Shown here piece by piece: positions 28,970 to 42,824 of a DNA stretch of 64,000 nucleotides. Location: NCBI GenBank assembly GCA_963796685.1, contig CAWCMR010000015.1, forward strand, positions 160,001 to 224,000, given 5' to 3'. The translations under genes and the position numbers were made by a program. The stretch's first letter is position 1; every line of letters begins with the position of its first letter. A model generated the notes under the pieces. The model made no database searches, had not been told where the DNA came from, and worked only from the letters and a program-made list of their open reading frames with translations. Source of the stretch: an uncultured delta proteobacterium (GTDB lineage: Bacteria > Myxococcota_A > Polyangia > Fen-1088).

Positions 28970-30369
28970 ATGCTAGCTTTGATGCTGAGACTGACTTCCC
29001 AATTGGCTGATGAAATCCTGGAGAAAATCATGACGGAACGCGATGACGGAGCAAGATCGCTCAGGGTGGTCTTGCCCCCAAAATACCGAGCGCGGAAGCC
29101 GCTCAGCTCTGTTCCTGGCAAGTTCGTGGCCGGCATCCTCGCCGCCGGGGTCGCAAAACGCCTGGAACCCATTTCGTCGATCATCGCCAAGCCGATGTTC
29201 CCGTTAGGGGGCGACTTTCCGATCTGCCAGAACTGGGTCGAGCGGCTCGAACGTGTTGGGATCGGTCAAATCGGGATGAACCTGTACGCAGTGCCGGTCT
29301 CCATCAAGGAACATTTCGGGGATGGGTCCGCGTTCTTGACCGAAATCTCCTACGTCCATGAAGAGGCTGCCCCCAGCGGAACTCTGGGCGGGGCCATCAG
29401 GATCATGGACATGCTCGAACGCAAGCTCGGCCCGAGCTTCGATACGATCGTCGTTCCGAGTGGAGATGTGATCACGGAAATGACGGACGACGATTTCATG
29501 GCCATGCTGACCCTGCACAAGCAGAATAGAGCCGCTGCCACGCTCTTGCTGACGCCGGTGCCGTGGAACACCCTGGGAGAGTTCGGCACCGTCGAGCCTC
29601 GAGGGTATCGAGGTGTCGCGGGGAAAGACGGTCGACAACGCCTCCTTTGCCCGGATCCGAACCTTCAACGAGAAGGATCCCAATGCTTCGAGCAATTTGG
29701 TGAACGCCTCCTGCTACGTTTTCGAGAAGATCCTTCCTGGAATCGTTAAGGCCGCTGCTCACGGAGTGCACTCCAGACAGGCAGAAGGTTCCCGAGCCGT
29801 TCTATGATTTTGGTAAGCATGTTTTTCCAGCCATGCTGGGACGATTGCCTTACCGAGAGGACCTTGGCCAGCATCGCAATGCGCTCTTCGGGTTCGTCTC
29901 CAACGCCCTCTGGTTCGATATCGGCCGAAAGAGGGACTACCTGGAAGTGAACCAGTCGGCTCTTGCCGGCAACATCCGTCTGCACATTCCCTACCCGAAG
30001 CTGCCTGGCGGCTACTTCATGGGCGCGAACGCCCGCATCGCAGAAGGCGTCACCATCATTCCCCCTGTCATCATCGGCAACGACTGTGAGATCGAGGCAG
30101 GGGCGACCATTGGTCCCAACACGGTGATAGGCGATGGGTGGAAAGTCGGGAAAGGGACCACCGTTTCGAATACGGTTGCCTGGCGGCACTATTCCCACAC
30201 AAACATCCCCAAGCTCCGGCAAATCGGCGACGATTTGAGAATCGAAAAGTGCATCCTTGTCGGCGGGGTTATTAGGGAGAGCATGAACGAGAAGGTGGCC
30301 GACACCAGGCCCGACGGCGAAATCGTCACCACGAGCATCGACGTGGTCCCGAGCGGGCCCAGGGCGTAG
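28970..30369 (+). CDS. NDP-sugar pyrophosphorylase family protein with left-handed beta-helix; frameshifted (about 29600-29830)
   Basis: ILAAGVAKRL...KPM, GTLGG, SGD; the next frame gives FNEK...LVNASCYVFE; the last gives LWFDIGRKRDYLEVN followed by hexapeptide repeats. Confidence 0.75.
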
Positions 30370-30559
30370 GGATGACGACCGGTCATTTAGCTAGGCCTCG
30401 CACCACCCATCGTCTGTTCGGGATTCCAGCTGACGTCACCGGCGAACTTTCCTTGCTTCACTGATCGTACGATTTGGATGAATTGCGGCCAGTCGAGGAC
30501 CCACAGGAAGTAGATCCGCACGTCTTTGATCAATCACAGTCGGGGGGGTGCCTATGCGG

Positions 30560-30607
30560 ATCGCTCGGGCAGGCGGTCCGGTAATCGCTCGGGCAGGCGG
30601 TCCGGTA
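30560..30607. repeat. 24-bp perfect tandem duplication
   Basis: atcgctcgggcaggcggtccggta twice. Confidence 0.9.
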
Positions 30608-30611
30608 ATGG

Positions 30612-30735
30612 AAGACAAGAGTTCGTCGCCGTTATTCGCGACGGTCGCCCCGTCGCCAAGGGTACCTTGTGCGCACAAGAGCACGGATTCAACCTGCATG
30701 GGCAACCAGCGTGGCCGCGGGCGACGAACGCTGGC
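30612..30735 (+). pseudogene. IS91-family (rolling-circle) transposase remnant
   Basis: GTLCAQEHGFNLH / ATSVAAGDER across a frameshift resembles the LCA...GFxLHA...V..xDR segment of IS91-like transposases. Confidence 0.5.
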
Positions 30736-30811
30736 GGCAGCCTCGCGGTCGATCTCGCGGCATTGTCCCCGCGGCTGTTCAGGACCTCGACTTTGTCGCC
30801 GTCGGCGATCT

Positions 30812-31258
30812 TCACGGCTCCGTTGACCAGTCTAGAAGACGAAGCGGCACCCGTAAAGACTTGCCGAGCTCCTCGAAGTCTCGCCGGTTCCTGGTGACCA
30901 GCGGCAGCTGTCGTGACACGGCGATGCCCGCGATGAGGATGTCCCCGAGCTGGCATCGTCGACTTGCCGACACGCGGCTCCAGATCTCACCGGCGACGCC
31001 GGCCGCGCTCTCGTCGAACGGCAAGACGTCCGAGCTTGCGGCCAGGGTTTGGAATGCCTGCATCTGTCGCTGGTAGGGTCGACCGTTGCGAATCGCAAGG
31101 CGGTATCCGCGCAACCGTTCGAAGACAGTTATGGCGGTGATGGTGAGGCGTCCGAATCTCGACAAATAGGCCAGGGCCCGCTCGCAGACTCGCGTGTTTC
31201 CACGGCTCAGCTCCGATAGCGTATCGGTGTCTAGCAGGACGGGTTCGGTGTCAGTCAA
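30812..31258 (-). CDS. vapC: PIN-domain (VapC-like) toxin
   Basis: LLDTDTLSE...ITVFE...DILIAGIA...LVTRNRRDF. Confidence 0.88.
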   Translation of the reverse strand: MTDTEPVLLDTDTLSELSRGNTRVCERALAYLSRFGRLTITAITVFERLRGYRLAIRNGRPYQRQMQAFQTLAASSDVLPFDESAAGVAGEIWSRVSASRRCQLGDILIAGIAVSRQLPLVTRNRRDFEELGKSLRVPLRLLDWSTEP

Positions 31259-31259
31259 C

Positions 31260-31544
31260 CTACCGCCCAGCTTCGGTCAGCCTCGTGGTCAGAGTGCGAA
31301 GGTCGGAACCCTGGATGTCTGCCAGGCTTGCCGTGGCGAGCGCGAGTATCGCTTCAGGGCGCGGCGCAATGTCTACATCCTCGCCATAGTGTCGTCGCAG
31401 AAGGGCAACGACCTGGGCCTCGAAACTGCGTCCGCACCTCTCTGCGTCCAGGGCGATTTTAGCACGCAGGGCGCCCGGGAATCGGATGGTCCGACCAACC
31501 TGTCCCGCCTGGCGAATGCTTGCTGAAGCCAATGTGCGACTCAT
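31260..31544 (-). CDS. Arc/RHH-like putative antitoxin
   Basis: TIRFPGALRAKIALDAERCGRSFEAQVVALL fits the ribbon-helix-helix pattern; directly upstream of the PIN gene. Confidence 0.7.
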   Translation of the reverse strand: MSRTLASASIRQAGQVGRTIRFPGALRAKIALDAERCGRSFEAQVVALLRRHYGEDVDIAPRPEAILALATASLADIQGSDLRTLTTRLTEAGR

Positions 31545-31791
31545 AACCAAAAAAGTACCAGACTGGTGTTGCCGAGGCAAGGCCAAGGCACCTTTCCACG
31601 ACGGACGCACGCCCCCAATCGGAGCGATGGCGGGTGGATGGCGGTCCGGAACAAGCCGGCTACTCCTACGGCCTGCGTCTCGCCAAGATCACTACGCCGA
31701 CGATCGACAGCGGGTCTGGTCGGCATCCCGGAGGAGGTCACCCCTGATCCGATGCCGATCACCTCTCCGGGTCGCAACGGATGCGCAAATT

Positions 31792-32223
31792 CTAGTGCGG
31801 CGCCACCCTATTCGCGGCGTCGACCTGGGCTGCGGCCCAGGCCCGGCGGTCTTGCATCGGCCCAAGCTCGGCCATGCTCTCGGCCTTGGTCTTGGCGAGC
31901 TCGGCGTCGGCGGCACCCAGCTCGCGCTGGGCGGCTTCGCGGTCGATGTCCTTGCCGTGCTCGCCCCGGTTGACCAGGACCTCGATCTTGTCGCTCTGGT
32001 CGTCGTCCTGGCCGACGCGAGCGACCTGGAGAATGCCGTCACCCACCGCAAGGTACTTCTGACCGTCCTTGCCCCGGTAGCTGAGCACGCCCGGCTTGAG
32101 CACCGACATGAAGGGGATGTGGCCGGGCAGCACGCCGAACTCGCCGAGCACGCCCGGCGCCACGATCTCCTCGACCTCGGTCTGAACCAGGTAGCCGCGC
32201 GGGGTGGTGATCGTCAGGTGCAT
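31792..32223 (-). CDS. atpC: ATP synthase F1 epsilon subunit
   Basis: ITTP...GEFGVLPGHIP; position after atpD. Confidence 0.95.
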   Translation of the reverse strand: MHLTITTPRGYLVQTEVEEIVAPGVLGEFGVLPGHIPFMSVLKPGVLSYRGKDGQKYLAVGDGILQVARVGQDDDQSDKIEVLVNRGEHGKDIDREAAQRELGAADAELAKTKAESMAELGPMQDRRAWAAAQVDAANRVAPH

Positions 32224-32230
32224 GGAAATC

Positions 32231-34584
<2,354 letters not shown>

Positions 34585-34605
34585 GAAAGTCCCGGTTGCT
34601 CCGCT

Positions 34606-36132
<1,527 letters not shown>

Positions 36133-36180
36133 CTTGGTTCCTTCAGACTTGAGAGAGCTCTTGCTGCTATCGGAGTGGGT

Positions 36181-36726
36181 CTAGTTGAGAAGTCGATTCT
36201 TGAGCGCGGCCAGTCGCGAGGCCACGCTGCCGTCGAGGACCATGCCGGCCACGTGGGTGACCACGCCGCCGATGAGGCTGGGATCCACGACCGTGGTCAT
36301 GAGCACCTTCTTGCCGGTGCGGCGCTCGAGGGCCTTGCGGATTTCGGTCTCGCTGGCGAGGTCGAGGGGCTTGGCCGACAGCACGCGTGCGCGAACACGA
36401 CCCAGCTTGTCGTCGCACATCTCCTCGTAGGCACGCGCGATGGCGGGCAGGGTGGCGATGCGGCCGCGTTCGAGAAGCAGGAGCGCCAGGCTCTGCACCG
36501 GCCGGGCGGGCGCCACGCGGGGCATGAGGCCTTGCAGGACCGCGCGTTTCTGCGACAGCTTGAACACCGGATTCTCCAGGGTCTGGCGCAGGGCCGCCGA
36601 TTCCTTCCACAGGCCGGCGAGCCCGTTCAGCTCTCGCCCGAGGAGCTCGAAGTTTCCCTTCTCCTCGCCGATGGCGAAGATCGCCTTGGCGTAGCGGCGC
36701 GCGACCGAACCACCCATGGCCGCCAT
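36181..36726 (-). CDS. atpH: ATP synthase F1 delta subunit
   Basis: VARRYAKA...VDPSLIGG...LDGSV. Confidence 0.96.
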   Translation of the reverse strand: MAAMGGSVARRYAKAIFAIGEEKGNFELLGRELNGLAGLWKESAALRQTLENPVFKLSQKRAVLQGLMPRVAPARPVQSLALLLLERGRIATLPAIARAYEEMCDDKLGRVRARVLSAKPLDLASETEIRKALERRTGKKVLMTTVVDPSLIGGVVTHVAGMVLDGSVASRLAALKNRLLN

Positions 36727-37742
36727 CAGCGCACCGTCCCTTCGGGGCGGACGGACTCGTCGAATCCAGCCACGAATTCCCGTGCCAGCCTACGCTCGTC
36801 GTCCGCGTTCACCGACTTGCGCACCAATTCCTCGGCCAACTTGATCGAGGCGCTGGCCACCTCGGCGCGCAGGATCGATTCCGCTTCCTTGACCTGCCGA
36901 TCGAGTTGAAGGCGCATGTCCTCTTGAATACGCATGGCGCGCTCTTGCGCGCCCTCGAGCAAACGGGCCTGCTCGCGCTCGGCGTCTTGCCGGAGGGACG
37001 CGCGCAGAGCCGCGATCTCCTTCTCCAGATCGGCCAGGCGCTTCTCTTGCGCTTGGAACTTGCGAACCGCGTCGTCGCGCAGGCGAGTGGCCTCGTCGAT
37101 GTCGCCCTTGAGCTGCTCGTGGCGGGCGCGCAACGACTTGTTCAGCGCGCGTCCGCCGAACCGAATCAGCAGATAGAGCAAGACGCCCAAATTGAGCAGT
37201 TGGAGCACCAAGGTCTTGATGTTGAATCCGGCGTGCTCGGCGTGTTCCTCGCCGTGCTCGGCGGCCTCGGCGTGGCCTTCGCCAGGTCCCTCGTGCCCGG
37301 CGGTGTGCGCGGCTGCCTCGTGGGCGGCGCTGGGCTCGCCAGCCGGAGTCTTTGCCGCCCCCTCATGTTGCAGCTCGCCTTGCTGCTTGACCGCCGCGAT
37401 GGCCGGCATGGCATCGATGGTGGCCTGGGCCGGCATGGCATCGATGGGGGCCGTCGGTTCGGCCGGGGGAGGGGTCGGCGCAGCCGCTTCGGGCGGTGGC
37501 GGGGCGACCTCATGGCCAGCGGACGCCTCGCGACGGGCAGCCGCCGCCGCGCGTTTGGCGGACAGCATGCGCGCCCGGCGGCTCCTGCGCGAGCTCCGCA
37601 CGGCCGGGTCGCTGGCGTCACCCGTCTTTTGCGCGGGCTCGGCTTGGTCCGCCGGCGCAGCGGCCGGCTCTTCATCTTGCGCCAAGGCCACGGTCGTGCC
37701 GAGGAGCACGGTCAGGGCGAGGCCGCCTAGCAGCGCTCTCAT
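36726..37742 (-). CDS. atpF: ATP synthase F0 subunit b with long N-terminal signal peptide and low-complexity extension
   Basis: LQLLNLGVLLYLL TM helix followed by a coiled coil; preceded by MRALLGGLALTVLLGTTVALA and about 150 Ala/Pro/Glu/His-rich residues. Confidence 0.85.
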   Translation of the reverse strand: MRALLGGLALTVLLGTTVALAQDEEPAAAPADQAEPAQKTGDASDPAVRSSRRSRRARMLSAKRAAAAARREASAGHEVAPPPPEAAAPTPPPAEPTAPIDAMPAQATIDAMPAIAAVKQQGELQHEGAAKTPAGEPSAAHEAAAHTAGHEGPGEGHAEAAEHGEEHAEHAGFNIKTLVLQLLNLGVLLYLLIRFGGRALNKSLRARHEQLKGDIDEATRLRDDAVRKFQAQEKRLADLEKEIAALRASLRQDAEREQARLLEGAQERAMRIQEDMRLQLDRQVKEAESILRAEVASASIKLAEELVRKSVNADDERRLAREFVAGFDESVRPEGTVR

Positions 37743-38245
37743 GACGGCAACCCCCGGCCGAGCGCCTTCTCGGCGATCTGACGCCCCAGCAGGTTGGTGT
37801 GCGTCTGGAGGTTCGCCTTTTCCGTCACCAGGGCGGCTTGCAGCTTCTCGCGCGCCTCGACCAGCATCGTGCGGGCGGCTTCCTGAGCCTCGGCAACCAT
37901 CTTTTGTTCGCGCGCCTGGGCCTCGAGGCGCAGCTTGTCGGTCTCGGCGTTGCCACTGCGACGTGCGTCGGCCAGGGCGCTCTCGATGCGCGCGAGGCGC
38001 GTTGCCGCATCGGCGTCGAGCCGCATCGCCTTCGCACGCGCGCCCTCGACGCGCGTCACGCGCTCGTCGCGCACGCGCAAGTAAGGCTTCCACAGAAACA
38101 GCCACAGGGTGAAGAGCAGCACGAGGAAAATGCCCAGCATCACGAACACCGTGCCGTCGATGTCCAGGAGCTGCGGTTGCGCGGATCGCGGAGCCGCCTC
38201 GAGCATTGTCGTGGTCGCTTGCAAGAGAGTCAGTGATGCATGCAC
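37739..38245 (-). CDS. ATP synthase F0 subunit b'
   Basis: DIDGTVFVMLGIFLVLLFTLWLFLWKPYLRVRDER then a coiled coil ending IAEKALGR. Confidence 0.9.
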   Translation of the reverse strand: MHASLTLLQATTTMLEAAPRSAQPQLLDIDGTVFVMLGIFLVLLFTLWLFLWKPYLRVRDERVTRVEGARAKAMRLDADAATRLARIESALADARRSGNAETDKLRLEAQAREQKMVAEAQEAARTMLVEAREKLQAALVTEKANLQTHTNLLGRQIAEKALGRGLPS

Positions 38246-38266
38246 GGGGAAGGGTCCGAGTCGGGG

Positions 38267-38764
38267 CTAGGTGGTGCTGGAGTTGCTGCCGGAATTGCTG
38301 CCGGAGCTGCCGGAGCTGCCGCTCGCATTGGCCGAGCTGCTCGCCGACTTCTTGCCACCGGAATGGCGAGAAATGGGTGGAGAATCGGTCGCGACGCCGC
38401 TCGCGTCCATCTGGCAGTGACCGTCGAAGAACACGCCCTTCTCGATGAACAGGGAGGGCGTGTTGATGTTGCCCTTGACCCGGCCCGGGCTGTGGATTTC
38501 CACCGAGCGCTTGGCCGTGATGTTGCCACGCACGGTTCCCTGGATGACGATGGCGCCCACCGTGACCTCGGCGTTGACCTCGGCGCCTTCACCCACCACG
38601 AGCACGTCGTCGGTGAAGATCTCGCCGGTCAGCTTGCCATCCACGCGAACGGTGCCTTCGAACGACAGCTTTCCTTCGAACTCGCTGCCCTTGCCGAGTA
38701 ACGTGGTCACCGGCTGGGCGCTGCCAGGTTCGCTGGACGTGGGGGATAGCGTGGTCAACGTCAT
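38267..38764 (-). CDS. Bactofilin (polymer-forming cytoskeletal protein)
   Basis: TLLGKGSEFEGKLSFEGTVRVDG...IEKGVFFDGHCQM. Confidence 0.92.
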   Translation of the reverse strand: MTLTTLSPTSSEPGSAQPVTTLLGKGSEFEGKLSFEGTVRVDGKLTGEIFTDDVLVVGEGAEVNAEVTVGAIVIQGTVRGNITAKRSVEIHSPGRVKGNINTPSLFIEKGVFFDGHCQMDASGVATDSPPISRHSGGKKSASSSANASGSSGSSGSNSGSNSSTT

Positions 38765-38832
38765 GGCTTTTGGGGGCAAACCCTACACTTCAATGCATCC
38801 GGCCGTCAACGAAGGAAGCGAGCTTTCCGATG

Positions 38833-38880
38833 ATCGATTTCGTCATCGATTTCGACGTGGATTTCGCTCGGTATTTCGTC
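38833..38880. repeat. Four imperfect 12-bp tandem repeats (core ATTTCG) upstream of the bactofilin-atp operon
   Basis: atcgatttcgtc / atcgatttcgac / gtggatttcgct / cggtatttcgtc. Confidence 0.75.
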
Positions 38881-40567
38881 AGTATCCCGCCGGCTCTCCG
38901 CCCGAGCGTGGATCGGCGGCGGCGTCGAGCCCCGAGCGCGAACGGACGATCGCGTTGGCCTTGCCGATGTCCGGGCGCTGCTGGATGCGATGTCCCTTGT
39001 CTCCCAGGGCTCCCAGCGTTTCGGCCGGCAGCCCCGGCTCGTAGTAGAGAATGTCCGGCTCCCACTGATCGTGGATGCGAGGCGTTGCCACCGCTTGTCG
39101 CGCGTCGAGGCCGAAGAAGAGCACGTCGAGCAGGATCTGCAAGGTGGCCGAGACGATGCGCGGCCCACCCGCCGCGCCGGTCACGAGCGCGACGCCGCCG
39201 TCGTCGAGCACGATGGTGGGAGACATGGACGAGACCGGCCGTTTGCCTGGTTCCGGCCGGTTGGCCAGGCTTCCGGTCAGCGCGAACGCATCGGGCCGTC
39301 GATCGGTGGTGAAATCGTCCATCTCATCGTTCAGCACCATGCCGCCCGCGACGACGCGCGCGCCGAAATCGAGATTGATGGTGGAGGTCAGCGCAACCGC
39401 GTTGCCGGCTTGGTCGATCACCGACACGTGCGCGGTCCCGCCATCGCGCGCGGGCTGCGCTGGGCGAAGGGTCTGGGTGCCGTAGGCGTCGTGGGCCAGG
39501 ACGCGATCGGGCCGGATGCGCTCGGCCAGCTCGCGGCGATAGCTTGGGTCGAGCAGGTGGGCGAGGGGCACGGGCGAAAACGCCGGATCGCCGAGGAAAC
39601 GAGCCCGGTCGGCGAAGCCGTGCTTGAGCGCCTCGGCGACATCGTGCAGGTAGTCGGCCGCGTTCGGACCGGCCTCGCGCTTCCAGGCCGACATGCGATG
39701 GGCGAGAATCCCGAGCGCCTCGACGAGGATGGTTCCGCCCGCCGAGGGCGGCGGCATGGTCAGCACGCGGTGCCCGAGAAAATCGATGGCGAGCGGCTGG
39801 CGTTCGACCGGGACGTAACCCGCGAGATCGGCGAGCGTGAGCACCCCTCCCGCGGCTGCCACGGCGTCGACCATGGCGGAAGCGGTCCGGCCGCGATAGA
39901 GGCTGTCGGGCCCTCTTCGGCGCAGCTTCTCGAGGGTCGAGGCGAGCTTCGGCCGCGCGAGGCGACCGCCTGCCCGCAGTCGCACGGCGCTTCGCCGATC
40001 GATGGAAAAGAGCTTGGCGATGAGGTCGGCAGCGGACGCGGGGTGGCGCTCGAGCTCGTCGCGAATCTGTTGGATCAGCCACGCCGAGGCGGCAAAGCCT
40101 CGTGACAGGCGGAGGGCAGGGGTCACGCAGCGCGAGAAGGGAAGGGCTCCGAAGCGTCGCACCAATTCGGCCAACCCGCGGGCTTCGCCTGGGACTCCGA
40201 CCGACAACCCGCTTTGCGGCGTGAGCTCGACGCCGCTCTCGAGACGGGCCGAGAGCGCAGCGGGCGCTGTTTCGCGAAAATCGAGGGCCACGACCTTGCG
40301 GGTCTTGGCCAGATAGACGATCGCGAAACCGCCACCCCCCAACCCCGAGGCGAAAGGATCCACTACGCCCAGCGCCAAGGCGGTTGCGCAGGCCGCATCG
40401 ACGGCATTGCCCCCGGCCCTGAGCACTTCCACGCCCGCGGCTGACGCGGCCAGCGAATCCGAAGCGACAGCGGCGTGTCTTGCGTGTAAGAATGAGCCCG
40501 ACGCGCTCGATACATTGCCGGCGCCGGCCAAGGAAGGCGTCGGAAGCACGCACAGAAGGGCCAGCAC
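38879..40567 (-). CDS. ggt: Gamma-glutamyltransferase (start uncertain)
   Basis: GGNAVDAA, SGLGGGGF, DFRETAP, GTAHVSVID (Thr nucleophile), LNDEMDDF and PGKRPVSSMSP. Confidence 0.92.
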   Translation of the reverse strand: MLALLCVLPTPSLAGAGNVSSASGSFLHARHAAVASDSLAASAAGVEVLRAGGNAVDAACATALALGVVDPFASGLGGGGFAIVYLAKTRKVVALDFRETAPAALSARLESGVELTPQSGLSVGVPGEARGLAELVRRFGALPFSRCVTPALRLSRGFAASAWLIQQIRDELERHPASAADLIAKLFSIDRRSAVRLRAGGRLARPKLASTLEKLRRRGPDSLYRGRTASAMVDAVAAAGGVLTLADLAGYVPVERQPLAIDFLGHRVLTMPPPSAGGTILVEALGILAHRMSAWKREAGPNAADYLHDVAEALKHGFADRARFLGDPAFSPVPLAHLLDPSYRRELAERIRPDRVLAHDAYGTQTLRPAQPARDGGTAHVSVIDQAGNAVALTSTINLDFGARVVAGGMVLNDEMDDFTTDRRPDAFALTGSLANRPEPGKRPVSSMSPTIVLDDGGVALVTGAAGGPRIVSATLQILLDVLFFGLDARQAVATPRIHDQWEPDILYYEPGLPAETLGALGDKGHRIQQRPDIGKANAIVRSRSGLDAAADPRSGGEPAGY

Positions 40568-40683
40568 TGTGCGTAAAGTTCGACCTCGGCCCCGTAAGCT
40601 GGCACACTCGCGCCGAATCAGTATTTGAAGGAAAATCACTCCGAGCGTAACCTCAAGCAGCCTAGGCCCAAGGGAAAACCGAC

Positions 40684-42817
40684 ATGGACCAGCCGTCAAG
40701 CACGGAAAGCAACGCGATCACACTTCGCATCAAGTTCAAGAGCGCGTCGCTGGACGAATTCATCAGCCGCTACGGGGTCGATGTGAGCCCGGGCGGGATC
40801 TTCATCCGCACCAAACAACCGGTCGAGGTGGGCACCAGCCTGCAATTCGACTTCACGTTGGCGGACGGCTCTGCCCTGCTGTCCGGGCTCGGAACGGTGG
40901 CCTGGGTGCGCGAGAGCGACCCGGCCCGTGCCAACAACGTTCCCGGCATGGGGTTGCGCTTCGACAAGCTGGTCCCCGAAAGCCAGCACACGCACCAGAT
41001 GATCCTGGCCGAGAAGGCGCGCCTGGAGGGCAAGTCCCTGAGCACGCCCTATCCCCCGACCTCCTTCGTCTCGCCCGCGGCCAAGCCGTCGCCCGCGCCC
41101 GAGGATCTTCGCGTCGCCACCGAGATCGCGGAGAAGATGGGGCACGGGCCGGCCAACATGGCGGTCACCCGCCCTGCGGCCACCGCGGCTACCAAGACCG
41201 CGCCGGACGTGGCCTCGCCGTCCGCCATTCCCGCGGACGAGAGCTCGGACGACACCAACGAATTCGAGTCGGCGGGCAAGACCGAGAATCAGCGACAAGC
41301 CGCTCGACTTCTACCTGAAGGAGGCCGCTCGCGAAGCGGAGGCTGCCCATATCGCCGCTGGAAAAGCCTCCGAAGAGGGCGTGCCGACCTCGCTCATCCA
41401 GGACTTCGACACCGGCGCGGAAGAGCTGCCCTCGACGAAGAGCGGGCCGCCTCCGGCCGGCTTCGACGCCGAGGATTCGTCGCCCAACACCGACGGTGGG
41501 GCGAACGCGCCGGCCAAGCCGCTGTCCGGGGAGCGCAAGAGTGGAGGCAAAGACGTGTTCGCCTCGCTGCTCGACCTCGGTGACGAGCCAGCTCCTTCTG
41601 GCGGCGACGTCGCAGCGCCTTCCGAGGTGCTCGAAGAGATCTCTGCCGGCGCCCCCATCGAGGAGACCACCTCGGAGAAGACCGAGGAGGTGTCCATCTC
41701 TCCGGTTGCGCCGCCATTCTCGGTTGCGCCGCCACCCTCGGTTGCTGCGCCCGAACCGGTCGATCTGGGCAGCTCTCCTCTCGTGGGCGATCGCCCTCCG
41801 AGCCGCGACGATATGCCCGCGCAGAAGCACAAGGGCGGATCCGGCAAATGGATTGCCGGTATCGCCGTGTTAGCGGCGGCGGTGGCGTTCGGCGCCGTGT
41901 ACCTGGCCAAGACCAAGCCGTGGCAAGAGGCTCAGCCCGAGTCGGTGCCGGTTGCGGCGGTGACGCCCGCTGCAAAGGCCACGCCTCCGGCACCCGAGCC
42001 GGCCAAGCCGGCCGCCGCGGCAGGGGCGGTTGAAAAGAAGCCGGCCGCCGAGGAGACCAAGCACACGGCCGGCGAGAAGGCCGCGTCCGAAAAGCCAGCA
42101 AGCGAGAAATCGGCGGAGGAGAAGGCGGCCGCAGAGAAGACGCCGCCGGAAAAGGCAGAAAAGGCGGAAAAGACGGCCGAGGCCAAGGCGGAACCCGAGT
42201 CCTCTTCTTCCAAGTCGTCGGGGAAGTCCGGCGGCAAGGCAGGCGGAAAAGGCGGCGAGGAGAAGGCCGGCACCAATGAAGAAGCGTACCGCCTGGTCTT
42301 GCGCTCGGTTCCCACCGGAGCCGAGGTCCTCATCGACGGCGAGTACTTCGCTCGAACGCCTTGCGAGCGCCGCATCCTGGATCCCAAGAAGTCGTTTGCC
42401 ATCACCATTCGGCGCGAGGGCTACGAGCCACACGAGCGTTTGCTGGGGCCGTCGGACAACTGGGTGAAGAAGGGCAACGAGCGCGTCCTGAATGTCACCG
42501 TCAATTTGAAGAGGGTCAAGGCGCACCCGGCAGTCGCGGCACCAAGCCCCGCTCCAGCCGTCCCCGAGGCCACGGCGACCAGGGCGCCCGAGGCCAAGTC
42601 ATCCCCGACCCCCGCCGAGGCGGCCAAGCCCGAGCCTGCCAAGCCCGAAGCCGCCAAGCCGGCGGCTCCGGCCGAAACCAAGGCGCCCTCGCCCAAGCCA
42701 GAGGCCGCCAAACCCGAAGCCGCCAAGCCGGCTGCTCCTGCCCCTGCTCCCGCGGCCAAGCCTGCGGTGTCCAAGCCCGTGCCGAATTTCGACGAGCAGG
42801 GCAAGGCGAAAGAGTAG
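40684..42817 (+). CDS. TIGR02266 (PilZ-like) domain protein with TM helix and PEGA-like domain; one frameshift near 41290
   Basis: DVSPGGIFIRT...VAWVR...PGMGLRF; the second frame has TM WIAGIAVLAAAVAFGAVYL, LRSVPTGAEVLIDG..TPC and PEAAKP repeats. Confidence 0.75.
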
Positions 42818-42824
42818 GCCCCCT

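Noticed and set aside
30560-30607. Short tandem duplications (also 60532-60567) as mini-CRISPR
   Set aside because: Directly adjacent copies with no spacer.
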